A stretch of DNA of 64,000 nucleotides from Naegleria gruberi (taxonomy: Eukaryota): NCBI GenBank assembly GCA_000004985.1, contig GG738868.1. One strand, 5' to 3'. Below the pieces are notes generated by a model. That model was not told the origin of the DNA. It saw only the letters and a program-made list of their open reading frames with translations, and made no database searches. Below are positions 59,340 to 64,000 of this stretch, piece after piece. Every line of letters begins with the position of its first letter. Positions within the stretch are counted from its first letter, which is position 1. Made by a program: the position numbers and the translations under genes.

Positions 59340-60184
59340 AGATTATTCTGGGATGAACACAAAAAACGAGTAAAGCATGTTAATGGTGGAAGATTGATGA
59401 TGGAAATGGCTTTATATAATAAGGATGAGGTATTAAGCCATTTTTTGATATTGTTCAACAGTAATAGTTTTCTCTCGTTTATCGGAGCCGGACAGATATT
59501 AATGTCATTGAATTTTATTAAGGATTCCCACATGAAAACACTAACTCATGTTAATTGCTGACTGCTGACGAATATATCAGCAGGTTCCATCATCACATGG
59601 ACATTCACATAAGAACATGTCGTATTAATTGATGATACAACCAGTGAAGTGTTATGGTTGTTAGACGTAAAAAAGATTAACATAGAAAATTCATCTTCTT
59701 TATCTTCTAATTGAATTCATTCTTTGAATATTATTCATATTGGTTTGTTGTATTCTTTGCATGGTCTGATTATGTGTACGAATATTATTCATATGAGTTC
59801 TATGATTACTTTCATTGGTTCTTCTGATGGTTTCATTGGTTCTCCTGATAGTTTCTTGGGTTATTTAATTACTTTGAGAGAACAGCCAAGTCACAAAGCA
59901 TGGACACAACAAACCAGGTGCTTTTGGAACTTGTGACACTATTCATCAAACTTTAATTTGAGTGAGTTACTAAACTTTATCTTCACATTTATCGGAAACA
60001 GTGCAACCAACCAAACAATTGGATTTGTGCAAGTATTGTAAAGTGCGTATCCAAAACCAAGTTGACCAATAGAAGGACAACCAGGTTCTTCCGATGTTAC
60101 AATCACTAGTTTTGAAGATTACATTTCGCGACTCATAAATCGCCTTCAAAGCTGAATAAGGGAAAATTGTTTCTTTCAAAAAAA

Positions 60185-62077
60185 ATGTCTTCACTGCATA
60201 CTACTAAGAAGGAAACCAAACCAACAAGAAGACCTCTATCTTCAGCAGCTAAGAGATTACTTGAAGATTTGAAACAATTAAATCGTCAAAGTGAGCTCAA
60301 ATACATATCTGCTCAACCACTGTCTAATAATTTATTTGAATGGCATTGTAATCTGTATGGAAATGAAGAATCCATGTATAAGGAGTGTTGTTATCATTTC
60401 ATTATCAAGTTTCCAAAAGATTATCCTCACAATCCACCACAAATTGAAGCATGTTCTGATTTGTTACATCCACAAGTTTACAATAGAAAAGTATGCTTGG
60501 AATTGACTCAACAGAAGGAAGGCACCGAAGAGAATGCAGATGGATGGAGTTGTTCATATACTGTATTTTCAATTCTAATGCAATTGCAATCTTTCTTATT
60601 CGATTCCAAGGTCTCTAATAGACCAATGATTAAAATTGAGCAAAAAGATGCATACAATGTAAAATGCAGCAAATGTGGGCATGTACCAAGAGATGGTAAC
60701 ATATTTCCATATCATGAAATGAATTCCATTTGTTTCTCAGAGTTAAAAAAGGAATTGAGGAATTCTAGACCATCTAAATCAAGTAATAGGAAAAAGGAGA
60801 GAAGTAATATTGTAATTATTGAAAATGAAGAAGATATTGAAAAGATGTACTCAAATCAATCAGGACAATCCACTAGTTCTGTTCCAATCAAGAATGGAAA
60901 TACAATTTCCAAACAAGTACTTTTTCACATTTTCAAATTCTTGGAAAAATCAGAATTGGATTCGACCATGTTTAAAGTTTGCAAGGAATGGAAGGAAATT
61001 TCTCAACATCCTCTCTTTGGTAATAGAGAAAGAATTTGTTACTTTACAAAACAACCATGCAGAGATGAAGAAACCATTTTAGGATATGGTGTCGAACCAA
61101 AGTTTACAAAAACTGGAAGATTGATTAATATTGATTCACCTTATGAATATCTATCTTTTCATTCGTTTAGAAATTTGAACGTGAGAACTAGTGTTTGGAA
61201 TATTTCCTTCCAAAATTGGATTCCAATTCCAGTATTTACAATTCAAATTGGAAATGAATTGAAAAATGTGGAAGAATATTTGTTTAACCTATTTAAGGAT
61301 TGTGTATCAGAAATATATTACTTTCTTCAAAGTGATTCAACAGTTGAATTTCAATCTCTTGATTTGTTAGGTAAAATGATGAACTCTATAATTATTAACA
61401 TTCTCAGAAATCAAAGTCATGCATCTGTCAAAGCACTTGATGCCTACATCAATTTACACAGATGGTTAATTATGTTATGTGAAAAGTATCCAAATGTACT
61501 TTTACTCATTGATGAGAAAATTGAAAAATTCATCCAAGATGAAGAATTTAGAAGTAAGGAACATGTCCCTGCCCTTGGAGAATTCCTCTGCTTACTCTCA
61601 GTTTCAGAAAAGTTCACTTGGGATGAGATGGCACCTGCTATTATTAAGGAATCTCTTGATAGAGGAAGTTTGTGGGGTGTCTTTTCAAATGAAAAATTGA
61701 AAGATGTGATTGAATATCATTTGGAGGAAGATAAGGAAAGAGAACGAATGATTAATACATTCGAGGCAACAAAATCTAATCTGCATAATTTAGCTTTCCA
61801 TAGTTTCCTAATTAGATATTTCAGAATGAAAACTAGAGTTGAAACTGCTGAATATTATGATAGAAATTACTTGACTCCATATATTGTAAATTCAAATGAG
61901 AAGGATCAAGAGAGATTGAGAAGTGCTCTTGTGGAAATTCAATCCAAGATTATTAACTATTATGAATTCTTCAAATATGTTCAAAATGTTGAATTGGATG
62001 AGATTTCAATCATGTTAAAATTAAGAGTTGCCATGAAGAATATGAAAAGAAGAGGATATTATGAAGAAAATAAATAG
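60185..62077 (+). CDS. Ubiquitin-conjugating enzyme (UBC/E2 catalytic domain) fused to an F-box-like motif and a long C-terminal extension
   Basis: First ATG 60185 (MSSLHTTKKE..); the track start 60167 is a TTG. UBC fold: ..AAKRLLEDLKQLNRQSELKYISAQPLSNNLFEWHCNLYGNEESMYKECCYHFIIKFPKDYPHNPPQIEACSDLLHPQVYNRKVCLELTQ..WSCSYTVFSILMQLQSFL (HPN-like motif plus active-site Cys). Downstream F-box-like ..ISKQVLFHIFKFLEKSELDSTMFKVCKEWKEI... Confidence 0.7.
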   Translation: MSSLHTTKKETKPTRRPLSSAAKRLLEDLKQLNRQSELKYISAQPLSNNLFEWHCNLYGNEESMYKECCYHFIIKFPKDYPHNPPQIEACSDLLHPQVYNRKVCLELTQQKEGTEENADGWSCSYTVFSILMQLQSFLFDSKVSNRPMIKIEQKDAYNVKCSKCGHVPRDGNIFPYHEMNSICFSELKKELRNSRPSKSSNRKKERSNIVIIENEEDIEKMYSNQSGQSTSSVPIKNGNTISKQVLFHIFKFLEKSELDSTMFKVCKEWKEISQHPLFGNRERICYFTKQPCRDEETILGYGVEPKFTKTGRLINIDSPYEYLSFHSFRNLNVRTSVWNISFQNWIPIPVFTIQIGNELKNVEEYLFNLFKDCVSEIYYFLQSDSTVEFQSLDLLGKMMNSIIINILRNQSHASVKALDAYINLHRWLIMLCEKYPNVLLLIDEKIEKFIQDEEFRSKEHVPALGEFLCLLSVSEKFTWDEMAPAIIKESLDRGSLWGVFSNEKLKDVIEYHLEEDKERERMINTFEATKSNLHNLAFHSFLIRYFRMKTRVETAEYYDRNYLTPYIVNSNEKDQERLRSALVEIQSKIINYYEFFKYVQNVELDEISIMLKLRVAMKNMKRRGYYEENK

Positions 62078-62117
62078 TTGCCTAGTCAACCATACGGTTT
62101 ATTGACATTTGAGGCTC

Positions 62118-63392
62118 CTAATCTACTAATCCTTCAAATTCTCTCTTATCTTTCACTTTAAAGTATGAATAGAGATAGGTTCCAACTACTGTAAATGCAG
62201 AAGACAATAATCCATAAGTAGAAACATGAGTATTGTGAACTGCAAATGATAAAAATGATTCCACAACAGATTTCATTGAAATAGTGACAGAAGTAGTCAA
62301 TGGAGAGGTATAACTAATTAACATGAAATTAGAAATATTGACAACGTATGCTATTAGGGCTGTTGTTGTGAGAATTGCTAAAAACTTTGGTTCAAATAAA
62401 TAATTAACAGAAATTGCCTTTTCAAATTCTCCTGTAAAATAGCAAACAGGGAATAAAAACAAAATGGCACAAACAACGTTATAAATTAGAATAATCCAAT
62501 GATTTCTGTGTGAGGAGGACATTAATTTCTTTAAATAAATTGAATAAAGTGCCATAAAGCAACTGGACATCAATCCAAAAGCAAATCCAATCGACTGCAT
62601 TTTAGAAAGTTGTAATTCTTCAAATCCAGTCATGAAATATCCAATAGCAATCATTAAACATGCTCCAATAATTCTCTTCTGAACTTTTTCTCCCAATAAA
62701 ACTGATGTGAAAATCACCGTGAAACAAATACTAATACTTCTTGCAGTGTGATAGGTGTGAATATCTGCATAATCCAAACACAAATTATTAAAAGTAACCA
62801 TTCCAACATAACACAATGATACAGGAGCTATTTGTACTGCTGTATCAAATTTAAATTCAAAATCTGGTAAGAAACTAAAACAAGTTCTAATTAAATGATT
62901 AGTTTTTTTCAATTTGAATAAATCAATTACCAACCTATTTAAATTATAAGTACAAATAATACACAACAATGAGACAATCAAATGAAACCAAGCCATAGTT
63001 AATGGAAAATGAAATGAATATTCACCCATATCCATCAAGTATTTTGTCAAAAAGACAGATAGAATTGAAGTTACTGAAAAGAAAGAAATGGCCATTCCAA
63101 TTTGTCTTTTTTAAAACATGGGATTAATACCATTTCAACAAATGATGACTTACAAATTTGATGCTTCTTTCCGCAGCAAATGTTGGTGATGAGTGTTTAA
63201 TCTTGCAGAAGTAGGTGATATTGGTTTAAATTCTGTGTTATCCTCCGAATGTGGTGAGTGTTGTCTGTTATTGATTCCTAGTGTTGGTGGCGAGTGGATG
63301 GGTACTTGTTCCTCATCGTCGTCTTGTCTAAGTTTTGTTCTCACCACAAGATTTGGTCCCGAGAGAGAATTGTCATGATGAAGTGAAGACAT
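62118..63392 (-). CDS. TPT-family transporter (SLC35-like nucleotide-sugar/triose-phosphate translocator fold), 2 exons: 63392..63154 and 63105..62118 (48-nt intron GTAAGT...TTTAAAAAAG)
   Basis: ATG at 63392. Exon 1 (MSSLHHDNSLSGPNLVVRTKLRQDDDEE..HLLRKEASN) ends TT|GTAAGT. The acceptor restores ..L|QIGMAISFFSVTSILSV.. Exon 2 encodes ~10 TM helices typical of TPT/SLC35 (..MAWFHLIVSLLCIICTY.., ..IGYFMTGFEEL.., ..LFLFPVCYFTGEFE..). Confidence 0.6.
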
Positions 63393-63484
63393 TTTTTAGT
63401 TGATTTGTTGGTATTCATGTCATAATAACATGAAATATTATTTGCTGATGAGATTCTTTTATTTAGACACTAAGTATTCACATT

Positions 63485-64000
63485 TTAATTACGATGTTGT
63501 GGTGCTGTAGTATGGAAGAGACTGGATTGTTGTTGCTGTTGTTGGTAGGAAGGTCCAATTGTCAAATCAGAGGAAAAAAGTGAGCTATTGGAATTACTGA
63601 AAGGTGTTTGAACAAAATCACGTCTCATCGGTTGTGGAGGAGTAACTGGATTTTGGTGAGCATAAGTTTGTTGGTTTGGCCATTGTTGATACTGTTGAGG
63701 ATACATTGGTTGTTGCATCATAAATCCATTATTAGTATTCATTCTTGGTTGAGGTGAGAAACTATTCATATTGTTCATTCCATTAATACCACCCATATTA
63801 TTCATGTTATTCATGTTGTTCATGGTATTCATATTATTCATACCACCACCAATATTATTATTCATCCAATTCCATTGATTAGATTGTCCAAATAAGTTAA
63901 AATGTGAATTGACGTTTTGGTTATTTGAAAATCCAATACCATGACCACCAGCAAAATAATTACTGTGAGGTTGAGAAATGTGTTGAGGTTGTTGAGCCAT
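63485..64000 (-). CDS. Asn/Met/Gln-rich low-complexity (prion-like) protein; ATG at the very edge of the window, so 5' completeness is uncertain
   Basis: MAQQPQHISQPH.. Then NMN/NNM repeats (MNNMNTMNNMNNMNNMGGINGMNNMN) and a Q-rich tail. Encoded by 9-nt tandem repeats at 63799..63843. Confidence 0.45.
   Translation of the reverse strand: MAQQPQHISQPHSNYFAGGHGIGFSNNQNVNSHFNLFGQSNQWNWMNNNIGGGMNNMNTMNNMNNMNNMGGINGMNNMNSFSPQPRMNTNNGFMMQQPMYPQQYQQWPNQQTYAHQNPVTPPQPMRRDFVQTPFSNSNSSLFSSDLTIGPSYQQQQQQSSLFHTTAPQHRN

Noticed and set aside
1-64000. Prokaryotic-style features (CRISPR arrays, operons, defence islands, transposases/integrases)
   Set aside because: None seen. The window is eukaryotic nuclear DNA with spliceosomal introns. 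No direct-repeat/spacer arrays. The only dispersed repeat is the GPAA1 fragment.

Overview
This is a gene-dense, AT-rich (~67% AT) eukaryotic nuclear contig, not prokaryotic. Evidence: short spliceosomal introns, N-myristoylated proteins, 26S proteasome, peroxisomal, GPI-anchor and mRNA-export genes, and tRNA genes. Asn/Gln-rich low-complexity proteins, a large DUF4116 repeat expansion, and very short introns (40-80 nt, donors GTAAGT/GTATGT) suggest a protist, possibly a heterolobosean such as Naegleria; this is inference only. About 40 protein-coding genes are recognisable on both strands. Many ORF-track 'M' starts are actually TTG/GTG codons, so many track ORFs are exons of spliced genes. 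I re-joined exons by hand where the family alignment and GT..AG signals agreed: REV1 (3 exons), HOL/TPMT-like methyltransferase (3), NCS-like EF-hand protein (5), Rpt2 (2), DPY-30 (3), ACP5-like phosphatase (2), pyruvate kinase (2), F-box/LRR (2-3), ankyrin protein (2), TPT/SLC35 transporter (2). Other confident calls are PEX7 (3' end lost in a 50-N assembly gap), HMCES/SRAP, Tpt1, GPAA1/GAA1, NXF1/Mex67-like, a DUF4116+kinase giant, tRNA-Gly(UCC), and an E2(UBC)+F-box fusion. The most interesting items: (i) an ornithine decarboxylase antizyme homolog whose ORF1 ends in UUU-UGA-U exactly where the +1 frame continues, the classic programmed +1 ribosomal frameshift arrangement; (ii) a tRNA-Phe(GAA)-like sequence lacking precisely the T-loop and 3' T-stem; (iii) a ~130-nt fragment of the GPAA1 coding sequence duplicated in intergenic DNA 15 kb away; (iv) an inverted head-to-head pair of paralogous membrane-protein genes whose shared promoter carries repeated AAACGTGA motifs, also found upstream of a neighbouring myristoylated P-loop NTPase; (v) frame discontinuities at homopolymer runs in a DUF4116 gene; (vi) a possible 29-nt micro-intron. 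There are no CRISPR arrays, no transposons and no prokaryote-style defence systems.
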